A stretch of 64,000 bases of DNA from a virus (taxonomy: Duplodnaviria > Heunggongvirae > Uroviricota > Caudoviricetes): IMG/VR virus record IMGVR_UViG_3300021387_000074. One strand, written 5' to 3'. Of the stretch, positions 24,412 through 32,723 are shown in pieces. How positions within the stretch are numbered: the first letter of the stretch is position 1; each line of letters begins with the position of its first letter. Made by a program: the position numbers and the translations under genes. The notes beneath the pieces were generated by a model, which saw only the letters and a program-made list of their open reading frames with translations, was not told where the DNA came from and searched no databases.

Positions 24412-26234
24412 TATTTACCCTCCAAAAAGGCCGCCAATTTTCCCTTTGCTCTGTTAATACTTGCTTCAAACTGTTTCAACTCTTCTTCACCATTTACTTC
24501 TCTAAAATCGCTTATTGTATCTTCTAACTCCTTTTGGTCATCAAGAGCTTGTGTTTTACCAGTATAAGTAGTATTGTTTATTTTTTCTATCACATTGTTG
24601 ATTTTGTTTCTGTCAACTTTAGTAATTTTAGAACTACCCTTTGGATTAATTCTTCCCTCAAGCTGTTTCAATAATTCCTTTTCTTCTCCAGAAAGTTTCT
24701 TTCCTTTTGCGTCCTTTTTGATTTTATCTCTTTCTATTTCAAGATCTCTTATTGAGTTATAATCTTTTGACAAAGCCTCTTTTAGTCTTTCTCCAAAATC
24801 TTCAGAAGAGTCATTAGAACTTTGTCCTTTTGATATTTCACCAACACCTTTGAACATTGCTCCAGGATTTCTTAGCTCTTTAACTGTTAAGAAATTATTA
24901 AACAGTCTGTACTTTCTGCACAGAGCAATATCTTCTTCTGACATGACGCTTTTAAGCTTTCTTTCAAGCTGCTTAAGCAATCTATCCATTTCTTTTTCAG
25001 CTTGTATAATTTTCTCAGACTTAGCAAAATACTTTGTTTCTCCGAAATCTTCTGGTTTAATTTTTAAATACCAGTCGTCTATATTTCCAGAATATTCTTT
25101 TCCAGTTGATTTTCTTCCCCAAATCTTCTTTTCGAAGCTGTTTAGTTCAACGCTTCCTTTTAAAGAGATGAAGTTATTATACTTTTCTTCGTAAATTTTT
25201 TTAGCTGCTGCTATCGCATCGCCAAGAACTTTATCGTAAAATTTAATATAATCCTTATTTAAAGAACTACCTCTAATCTTCTTTATTTCTTCGCGTCTTA
25301 AAGCGTATAAAGCAAAAGCATCTTTGAATGAGCCGTGGTGATTACTATCTTCTGTCTTTTCACCTTTTGCGTAGCTATAACCTCTTTCTTGAAGATTTTT
25401 CAAATATAACTCAAGGTGTGCTCTTGAAAGATGTCCTGCTTTATAAGAATTCTTTCTACCAGTAACTCTGACTGCGTCTCCTTCAGCACGGTTTTCATCC
25501 TTTAAAAGATTAAGAGTTTTTTCTATTTCTGTAGAAGTTTTTTCAAGTTCTACGTCTGTCCAACCGCCAAGGTTCTTTCTTCCAAGACCAGCTTCGTCTA
25601 ATATTTTTTCTATATTAGCGGCACTTAAATCTATAAGTTTTCCATTTTTAAAATTATTGTATTTTTCTTCAGCGTCTTCCAAAGCTTCTCTGGCTTCTAT
25701 TTGCTTTTTATTAAGATCGTCATGATCTTTAAAATATGAACCTTTCTTTTCAATCTTTTTTCTTCCAGACTCTCTATATTTGAAGTAATCTTCTTTTGTC
25801 ATTCCAAGAACTTCTTTGTTAGAAAGCATTCTATTTTTAGACACACTTCTCTTAATTATAGAATATGGAACCATTACATTCTGTCTGAATTTAGAAATTT
25901 CATTCACCATTTCAGCACCATATTTTCTATAAATTTGTGCCATTATCTTCTTTTGCTCTTTTGTTAAAGCATAAACTGTATCGTCGTCTTTATTTCCAGA
26001 ACGGCCAATCGTTTTTGCCTTGATTTTTTCAGCGGCGGCCGATATATTACCAACGGCAGAACTGACTGGGTGAGAAATTTTTTCCATTTTAGTGCTTAAT
26101 TTATCTACTACATTATCCTTAAAAGCAAGGGCGGCAACTACTGGGCTAACACTAAAAATACCCTCTTCTATAACAACAATGTCGTCTATCTCTGCTTCAT
26201 AAAGATTTTTATTGATTATATCTTCTAACTTCAT
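24411..26234 (-). CDS. Hypothetical Lys-rich helical protein, candidate internal head protein
   Basis: AAGTTAAT 3 nt before ATG; N-terminal LYE/IEE sites. Confidence 0.7.
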   Translation of the reverse strand: MKLEDIINKNLYEAEIDDIVVIEEGIFSVSPVVAALAFKDNVVDKLSTKMEKISHPVSSAVGNISAAAEKIKAKTIGRSGNKDDDTVYALTKEQKKIMAQIYRKYGAEMVNEISKFRQNVMVPYSIIKRSVSKNRMLSNKEVLGMTKEDYFKYRESGRKKIEKKGSYFKDHDDLNKKQIEAREALEDAEEKYNNFKNGKLIDLSAANIEKILDEAGLGRKNLGGWTDVELEKTSTEIEKTLNLLKDENRAEGDAVRVTGRKNSYKAGHLSRAHLELYLKNLQERGYSYAKGEKTEDSNHHGSFKDAFALYALRREEIKKIRGSSLNKDYIKFYDKVLGDAIAAAKKIYEEKYNNFISLKGSVELNSFEKKIWGRKSTGKEYSGNIDDWYLKIKPEDFGETKYFAKSEKIIQAEKEMDRLLKQLERKLKSVMSEEDIALCRKYRLFNNFLTVKELRNPGAMFKGVGEISKGQSSNDSSEDFGERLKEALSKDYNSIRDLEIERDKIKKDAKGKKLSGEEKELLKQLEGRINPKGSSKITKVDRNKINNVIEKINNTTYTGKTQALDDQKELEDTISDFREVNGEEELKQFEASINRAKGKLAAFLEGK

Positions 26235-26252
26235 ACTATTAACTTTCTAAAT

Positions 26253-26278
26253 AAAAAACCGCTTAGTTTCCTAAGCGG
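26253..26278 (-). terminator. Intrinsic terminator
   Basis: CCGCTTAG-GAAA-CTAAGCGG plus T-tract on the minus strand; a second hairpin lies at ~26343-26368. Confidence 0.7.
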
Positions 26279-26374
26279 CCAGAAAGAAAGAAAAGATGAA
26301 AAGTTGTGCATTGCGCACATATATATCTTTCTTATAAAAAATAAACCCCTCTATTTAAGAGAGGTTTTAAGTCA

Positions 26375-28249
26375 TTATTTACTTTTATGATCGAAATCTT
26401 CATCAGAAGTTTGAAGTGCTTTTAAATCTTCTGGCGATACTGGGTAAAGTTTGTTTGTCCAATAAACAGCAGAATTCATTGCTTTCTTCATTGTGTTCTT
26501 TCTGATTTCTTCGTACTTCTCAAGCTCTGGAGCTTTGTCGTTTAATACTTTGTTAACAATTTCAGAGTTAGAGCCTTTCTTCTCTTTAAGTTTTTTTGCT
26601 AACCAGTATTTGTCATCTGTTACTTTAGAAGGCGGAGTAATTTTGTTAAATCCTTGGAACGACCAAATACCACCACTATGTCCACCATTCTTCTCTTTCA
26701 TTTCGTCAATAACAATCTTGATTTTCATATCATTAACGCCCTGAGATTTTAGGTATGTAGCAACATCTTGTAAAACATGTTCGTTAACTTCTGCAAAATT
26801 AACCTTACCTTTGTAAAGTGTAGATTTAGCAATCTGGAAGAATGTTCCCCAGTATCTCATAGAGAAAGGCATTCTTTGTCCATTTTCAGAGAACAAAGTT
26901 GTAGCATATCTAGTATACTGAGTTTTAGGATCTTTACCGTTGAAAATAGCAAAGTTGTTATGAGCAATTACTTTACCTTTCTTGTCTTTAATTTCATCTC
27001 TAATGGCTTTAGCTTCTGCAGAACGTTTGCCCTTAATTTCTTCAAGTCTCTTTTCGTCTGCTTCTGTCTTATAACCAGATTTCATATTTTCAACATCTTT
27101 TGCGTTCTTTTTTCTCCAATCATCCAAACTCATAATTGGCGATGTTGGATTTCCACGTCTATCATATCTTTTATTAAGTTCTCCTGGGATTTCTGAAAGC
27201 AATTGTTTTGCTTTTTCTACTTCACCATTCTTTAAAGCAGAAACGTACTGCAACCTTTTGCCATTATAATTTGCTGCTTTTAAAGTATTTGTGTATAAAG
27301 AAACTAAACTTGGCTGCGAATTTTTAATAATCCAAGCTGCTGCATTTCTGTCTTTTTTACAAAGGTTATCATAGATACAAGCAACAATAGTTGCAAGATT
27401 CTTTTGTCTGTCTGGGCCAGTAAAATGTTTCTCCAAGAATACTGTATTCTTTAATTGAGCTTCTGTATAACCAGCGGAGTCAACCATTGAAATTGCTTTT
27501 AAGTCTGCCTGAGACCAAAGACCAGGCGTGTATTTATTAGCAAAAAATTCTGCTTCTGATTTTGCTCCAGTTGCAATTTCTCCAGTTTTTCCACCAGACA
27601 AAGCGCCCTGCTCATTTGAGTGGTGATCTGATAAGAACTGTGGATTTACAATTGGGAAAGAAAGCTCTTGTATGTTCTGCATTGTTGCTGGAGTAAAACC
27701 AGTAAAGTTCTTGTTTTTTGCAGCATATGCTTTTAATTCATTATAAGCTTTAAAAGCATCCAATAATTTCTTCAGGCTTCCGCTTGTAAATTTTCCAACT
27801 GGAACCTTGTAAGTGTCTATAATTTCTTTATCGAACTTTTCCTGAGAGTATGCTGTCCAATCACGCTGTAATAAATTTAACAACGCACGCGAATCACCCT
27901 TGAAATTAAACAAGGTATTCCAAACCTTAAATGGCTTTATTTTTGGCAATTTAGCAAAGTCGGTAACACCAACATACTGTCCTGGCTTACTCTGTCTAAA
28001 TTTCTCAGTATGCAAATCTTTCTCTTTATCATCATCTCCATACTGTGCGAATTCAACTGTAATTCTTTCTTTTGGTATACCCTGCTTAATAAGCTGCTGA
28101 ACCATAGAAATTCCAGAAGTTACACCATCAAGGTCAACGTGGCAAACTACCTTTGCAGAAGTTGTTCCATGTGGAAGGTGCAAGCTTTCACTAATTATTT
28201 TATTACTAAAAATGTGATCAAAATTATTCAATAAATTTTCTGTTAGCAT
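26375..28249 (-). CDS. DHH/DHHA1-family phosphoesterase
   Basis: HVDLDG, VTDF, SDHH, VDS, GGHSGG; start reassigned to ATG 28249, 3 nt below AAGTTAAT. Confidence 0.8.
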   Translation of the reverse strand: MLTENLLNNFDHIFSNKIISESLHLPHGTTSAKVVCHVDLDGVTSGISMVQQLIKQGIPKERITVEFAQYGDDDKEKDLHTEKFRQSKPGQYVGVTDFAKLPKIKPFKVWNTLFNFKGDSRALLNLLQRDWTAYSQEKFDKEIIDTYKVPVGKFTSGSLKKLLDAFKAYNELKAYAAKNKNFTGFTPATMQNIQELSFPIVNPQFLSDHHSNEQGALSGGKTGEIATGAKSEAEFFANKYTPGLWSQADLKAISMVDSAGYTEAQLKNTVFLEKHFTGPDRQKNLATIVACIYDNLCKKDRNAAAWIIKNSQPSLVSLYTNTLKAANYNGKRLQYVSALKNGEVEKAKQLLSEIPGELNKRYDRRGNPTSPIMSLDDWRKKNAKDVENMKSGYKTEADEKRLEEIKGKRSAEAKAIRDEIKDKKGKVIAHNNFAIFNGKDPKTQYTRYATTLFSENGQRMPFSMRYWGTFFQIAKSTLYKGKVNFAEVNEHVLQDVATYLKSQGVNDMKIKIVIDEMKEKNGGHSGGIWSFQGFNKITPPSKVTDDKYWLAKKLKEKKGSNSEIVNKVLNDKAPELEKYEEIRKNTMKKAMNSAVYWTNKLYPVSPEDLKALQTSDEDFDHKSK

Positions 28250-28278
28250 ATAATTAACTTTTACTTTTAATAACTTCA

Positions 28279-28427
28279 ACCGAGTGGACATTCTTGTCCA
28301 CTCGGTAAAAATAAGAAAAATCTTATGAATATTTATGCAATAAAGTATATTAATTATTGCATATTTATACAACTTTTTGCATACCGAGTGGACAAATTTG
28401 TCGTGAGTCACGACACAGATGTCCACT
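28279..28427. repeat. Nested inverted/direct repeats flanking an AT-rich core (candidate replication origin)
   Basis: ACCGAGTGGACA-ttct-TGTCCACTCGGT (28279-28306), third copy 28383-28394, palindrome TGTCGTGA-G-TCACGACA (28399-28415), TGTCCACT 28420-28427. Confidence 0.8.
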
Positions 28428-28487
28428 ATGCATAATACTAAGTAACAAGTAGGAAATTAAAAAAGACTGCAAAAGCAGTCTTATAAT

Positions 28488-28808
28488 TTATTTATAGAAA
28501 AACTTATCAATTATTTCAAGAACTTCTTTCAAATCAGTAGTTATTGTAGTATGATTTTCTATCCTTACGTAGTAAGTATTTCCGAAACAATAAACGATTG
28601 GATAAAAAGAAGAAAAACGATGTCCAACAAGAATCATTGGAGTATCCAACTGACTAAGAGACATACAAACTTTTAATTTATAACATTTGTCAATCGTATC
28701 TATGAAATTATTATAAGAATTTTGAGTATCGTTGTTTTTTAAAATTGCAGAAATTTTTCCTTTTTTAAGGTTTATTTCTACAATCTTTTTTACTGTTATT
28801 CTGTCCAT
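28488..28808 (-). CDS. Hypothetical protein
   Basis: 106-aa ORF; AAGATAAA 4 nt upstream; terminator hairpin at 28463-28482. Confidence 0.6.
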   Translation of the reverse strand: MDRITVKKIVEINLKKGKISAILKNNDTQNSYNNFIDTIDKCYKLKVCMSLSQLDTPMILVGHRFSSFYPIVYCFGNTYYVRIENHTTITTDLKEVLEIIDKFFYK

Positions 28809-28876
28809 ATAATTTATCTTAAGTTAGTCATAAAATTGATAAAATTCAAAATGAAGCAACTTTAAAGCAAATAAGA

Positions 28877-28904
28877 TTGACAAAAAAAGTCACGGTGGTA
28901 ATAT
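28877..28904 (+). promoter_or_regulatory. Sigma-70 promoter for nrdDG
   Basis: TTGACA-N16-TAATAT with extended TG. Confidence 0.65.
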
Positions 28905-28962
28905 ACACTATATCTAGTGTTTTATTATTTTAGATAAGTTAATATTCCACTAGATAGAGGTT
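28905..28962 (+). promoter_or_regulatory. Tandem NrdR boxes
   Basis: ACACTATATCTAGTGT (28905-28920) matches acaCwAtATaTwGtgt; degenerate CCACTAGATAGAGGTT starts 42 bp later over the RBS. Confidence 0.7.
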
Positions 28963-28964
28963 AT

Positions 28965-31499
28965 ATGAAAGTAATTAAAAGAGATGACAGAAGAGAAGAG
29001 TTTGATGAAGCAACCATCTTCAAAGCAATCAAAAAAGCAAACAACAGTAAAGAATATCCTGTTGAAAAAGAGAAAAGGATTACGGACGACCAGATAATGG
29101 AAGTCGTAAAATGGGTAGTAAAAAAGATGCCAAAAGCTGTTGATGAAATTTCTGTAGAAGAAATTCAAGACTTGGTAGAAGACGGCTTGGTTCACAAAAA
29201 TCACACAGAAGTGGTTCGTTCTTTCATTAAATACCGTGAAGAAAGAGCAAAGAAAAGATTCAAAAAATTTGCTGTAATTCAAGCAATGGAAGACAAATAT
29301 TCTGGAAAGACTTGGGATAAGCAGAATGCAAACATTGATGGTTTGAGTTATGACGGTAAGGCTGGTGAAGCACACGGATTGCTTGACAAAGAGCTTGCAC
29401 TTGACTATATGATCACCGAAAAATTTGCAAAAAATCACAGAGATATGCTTGTTTATATCCACGATTTGGATAATTATAAAAAGGGAAAACCAAATTGTTT
29501 AAGCTTTCCAGCTGATGATTATCGAGACCACGGAATGACAATTAAGATTCCAAAAGATATTCGTAGAGCAGGTTCTGTATCAACTGAATCTCAGTTATCA
29601 CTTGTTGAACTTCAGTCGCAGTCAATGCCACAGTTCGGCGGTGTATCTTTAACACACTGGGATTTCACACTTGCTCCACTTGCAAATAAAGACTATTATA
29701 AATTCTATAAAAAGAACTATGAAAGACTCACAGAAAAAGAATTGGATTATTCTTTCCAACCTTATTTATCTATAGATGATCCAGACTATGCAGCTTGCAA
29801 TGCGAAAGCAGCTAAGTATGCAATGGAAGATTTGGAACAAGAAGTGCATCAAGCAATGGAAGGATTCTTGCACAATGCAAATACACTTCAGTCTAGAAGT
29901 GGAAATCAGCTTCCGTTTACTTCTGTAAATTATGGAACTGATACTTCTGCAGCAGGAAGACTTGTAACAACACAGTTGTTAAAGGCTTGGGAAGAAGGAA
30001 TTGGAGAACTTGGTTTGTCTCCTATATTTCCTTGTGGTATTTTCCAATATAAGAAAGGAATTAATGATAAGCCTGGAACACCAAACTATGATCTTAAACA
30101 GAAAGCAATCTCTGTTCTTCCAAAGAGAGATTATCCAAACTTTGCAAACTGTGATTGGTCAGTTCAGAGAAAAGCATTTGAAAAATCTCAGGCAATCAAA
30201 GAGAAAGTTCTTTTAAGCCTTGACGAAAAAGATTTATACGAGTTGACAGGACTTGGCTCTGCAGTAACAAAGCAGCTCGGTTTCGTAGTTGATTTTGATG
30301 AAGGTGATTCTTACAAAATTACAATGAATGATACAGAACAGCCTTATGAAATGATGTCAACTATGGGTTGTAGAACTTATAATGGTTTTGATATAAACTT
30401 CACAGAAGACTACTTCAGAGAAGTAATCAGAAGAACTATCAACGACAAAACACCTCCAAGAGATATGCTTTGGTCAGGAATTCAGAAAGACGGACGTGGA
30501 AACATTGCCCCAGCTACTGTAATTCTTCCAATGATTGCAATGAAAGCAAAACAGAAGGCTAAGGATAAGCCAGAGTATATAGTAGATTACTTCTTGGATT
30601 TACTTGAAAAGTATATCGGTGATGCAAAAGATGAATTAATAGAAAGATTTAATTGGATTGCAGCACAGGGCCCTGAGTCTTCAACATTTGTATATGGAAA
30701 CTGCACAATGAAAGGTTATGTTCCAGAAGAAGGAATTGTTTCCGCTTTGAAGCATGGAACACTTGCTATTGGACAGCTTGGTTTGGCTGAAACTCTTGAA
30801 ATCCTTGTTGGATGTGATCAGTGTGATCCTAAAGGAATGGAAGTAGCAAAGAGAATCGAACAAAAATTCGTTGATAAATGTAATGAGTATAAAGAGCATT
30901 ATAAGTTGAACTTTGGTGTTTACTACACACCAGCAGAGAATCTTTGTTTTACTGCTTTCAAAGCTTTCAAGAAGAAGTATGGTGATGTTGAAAATGTTAC
31001 TTACTTTATAAATGATAATGGTGAAAGAGTAGAAAAGTTGTTCTTTACAAACTCTATTCATGTTCCAGTATACAAGAAGATTTCACCTTTTGATAAGATT
31101 GATATCGAAAGTCAGCTGACTGGTTATTCTTCAGCAGGTTGTATTACTTATGTTGAAATTGGTGACGATGTAAAGCACAACCTTAAAGCAATTGAACAGA
31201 TTATCGACTATGCTATGAGTAAGGATATTCCTTACTTTGCATTAAACTTCCAGATTAACGAATGTACAAACTGTGGTAATACAGATAACCTTTCAGAAGA
31301 TGTTGGCGTATGTCCAATTTGTGGAAGTCGCGATATAAACTGGCTTAGAAGAATCACTGGTTATTTAAACGGAAACTATCATACAAGTTTCAACGAAGGT
31401 AAACAGAGAGAAGTTGAGCTTAGACAAATACACACTAAATTTAAGAATATTAAGTTTGGTTGCAACTCTAACGTTGAATTGGAGAAATACGGAGTATAA
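28965..31499 (+). CDS. nrdD: Anaerobic (class III) ribonucleoside-triphosphate reductase
   Basis: N-terminal ATP cone (VIKRD), SPIFP, MGCRT, YYTPAENL, CxxC...CPxCG, RRITGYL glycyl-radical motif. Confidence 0.96.
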   Translation: MKVIKRDDRREEFDEATIFKAIKKANNSKEYPVEKEKRITDDQIMEVVKWVVKKMPKAVDEISVEEIQDLVEDGLVHKNHTEVVRSFIKYREERAKKRFKKFAVIQAMEDKYSGKTWDKQNANIDGLSYDGKAGEAHGLLDKELALDYMITEKFAKNHRDMLVYIHDLDNYKKGKPNCLSFPADDYRDHGMTIKIPKDIRRAGSVSTESQLSLVELQSQSMPQFGGVSLTHWDFTLAPLANKDYYKFYKKNYERLTEKELDYSFQPYLSIDDPDYAACNAKAAKYAMEDLEQEVHQAMEGFLHNANTLQSRSGNQLPFTSVNYGTDTSAAGRLVTTQLLKAWEEGIGELGLSPIFPCGIFQYKKGINDKPGTPNYDLKQKAISVLPKRDYPNFANCDWSVQRKAFEKSQAIKEKVLLSLDEKDLYELTGLGSAVTKQLGFVVDFDEGDSYKITMNDTEQPYEMMSTMGCRTYNGFDINFTEDYFREVIRRTINDKTPPRDMLWSGIQKDGRGNIAPATVILPMIAMKAKQKAKDKPEYIVDYFLDLLEKYIGDAKDELIERFNWIAAQGPESSTFVYGNCTMKGYVPEEGIVSALKHGTLAIGQLGLAETLEILVGCDQCDPKGMEVAKRIEQKFVDKCNEYKEHYKLNFGVYYTPAENLCFTAFKAFKKKYGDVENVTYFINDNGERVEKLFFTNSIHVPVYKKISPFDKIDIESQLTGYSSAGCITYVEIGDDVKHNLKAIEQIIDYAMSKDIPYFALNFQINECTNCGNTDNLSEDVGVCPICGSRDINWLRRITGYLNGNYHTSFNEGKQREVELRQIHTKFKNIKFGCNSNVELEKYGV

Positions 31500-31502
31500 A
31501 GA

Positions 31503-32006
31503 ATGAGAATTGCTGGAATTATAGATGATGATATAGTAGACAGCGATGATGGCGTAGCAGTGAGCTTGTGGACAGTTGGCTGTCCACATCACTGTAAAGG
31601 CTGTCATAATCAAAATCTTTGGGATTATGATGCTGGACAAGATATACCAATTAAAATGGTTATAGATGAATTAAAAGAAAAGATTAACAAGAATGGAGTT
31701 ATGAGAAATCTTTCTATTCTTGGTGGTGAACCTTTGGATCCACAGAATGTAAAAGACGTGGATAAAGTTCTTAAAGAAATTAGAGCGACTTATCCAAATA
31801 TAAAGATATATCTTTGGACTGGCTATACATTCGAAGAACTTGAAAAAAGAGAAGATGTACGCGGCGCTTTAAGAAATGTAGATGTTTTAATAGAAGGAAG
31901 GTTTGTTGAAGAACTTAGGCAAGATTTACCATTGCGTGGCTCTTCAAATCAGAGAGTCTATGTTCGTGGAAAAGATTTAAAATTTTATACAGCCAGCAAC
32001 GGCTAA
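31503..32006 (+). CDS. nrdG: Class III RNR activase
   Basis: GCPHHCKGCHN, LGGEPL, WTGY, RGSSNQR. Confidence 0.96.
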   Translation: MRIAGIIDDDIVDSDDGVAVSLWTVGCPHHCKGCHNQNLWDYDAGQDIPIKMVIDELKEKINKNGVMRNLSILGGEPLDPQNVKDVDKVLKEIRATYPNIKIYLWTGYTFEELEKREDVRGALRNVDVLIEGRFVEELRQDLPLRGSSNQRVYVRGKDLKFYTASNG

Positions 32007-32029
32007 AAAACCTTGGTTAAAATAGCCAA

Positions 32030-32068
32030 CTAATAGTTACATTAAAGATAATTTAGTGTAACTATTAG
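32030..32068 (+). promoter_or_regulatory. RBS-adjacent 17-bp hairpin with late motif AAGATAAT at its loop
   Basis: CTAATAGTTACATTAAA-GATAA-TTTAGTGTAACTATTAG runs into AGGAGG. Confidence 0.7.
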
Positions 32069-32077
32069 GAGGAAAAT

Positions 32078-32644
32078 ATGGGATTAAAAATTTCAGATAG
32101 CAGATCTTTTAAATTGGAACCAATGAGAAAGAATCGTTTCTTATTCCAATTCTCTTCTGTTCCTGGAAATCAAACAGGTTTGGAAGAAGGACTTGCTTTC
32201 GTTGCTAAATCCGCTTCAGTTCCTACAATAAGCTTTGAAAAGACAACTACTAAACGTATTCATGAAGGTTTTAATACAGCTGGTATGGTTTCTTGGAACG
32301 ACCTTAATGTAGTATTCAATGATTTTATCAGAAATGAAAGTCAGTCAAGTAACGAAGTAGCAGCAGGCGATGCAATGTATAACTGGTGTTCTATGATTTA
32401 CAATCCATTAACTGGACAGATGGGTTATAAAACACAGTATGCAACATCTGCAACAGAAGCTCAGTTTGACCCAGCAGGAAATATCATCCGCGCTTGGAAC
32501 ATTTTTGGTATTTTCCCTACTTCTGTAGACTTTGGTGGAACTCTTTCTTATGATGATGCTGGAGCAACAGAAATCACTTGTACTTACGCTTATGATCTTG
32601 CTATTAAAGTAGAAGATTCTAAGACAGCTAGTGAATCAGCTTAA
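32078..32644 (+). CDS. Tail tube protein (T4 gp19-like)
   Basis: EP.RKNRF, AG..SWNDL.V.F.D, W...YNPLTG, GIFPTSVDFG.LSYD, YD.A. Confidence 0.85.
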   Translation: MGLKISDSRSFKLEPMRKNRFLFQFSSVPGNQTGLEEGLAFVAKSASVPTISFEKTTTKRIHEGFNTAGMVSWNDLNVVFNDFIRNESQSSNEVAAGDAMYNWCSMIYNPLTGQMGYKTQYATSATEAQFDPAGNIIRAWNIFGIFPTSVDFGGTLSYDDAGATEITCTYAYDLAIKVEDSKTASESA

Positions 32645-32664
32645 TGGTTTAAAAAACTATTGTC

Positions 32665-32695
32665 AAAAGGCTACCTATAATGGTAGCCTTTTTTT
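32665..32695 (+). terminator. Intrinsic terminator after tail tube
   Basis: AAAAGGCTACC-tataat-GGTAGCCTTTTTTT. Confidence 0.85.
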
Positions 32696-32723
32696 ATTTA
32701 AGTTAATATAAAAGGTAGATTAG

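Noticed and set aside
28250-28426. 59-codon N-terminal extension of the DHH ORF in the ORF track
   Set aside because: Runs through the repeat/AT-rich element; the late motif supports ATG 28249
28279-28427. Possible CRISPR mini-array
   Set aside because: Repeats are only 8-12 bp, mostly inverted and irregularly spaced; no cas genes
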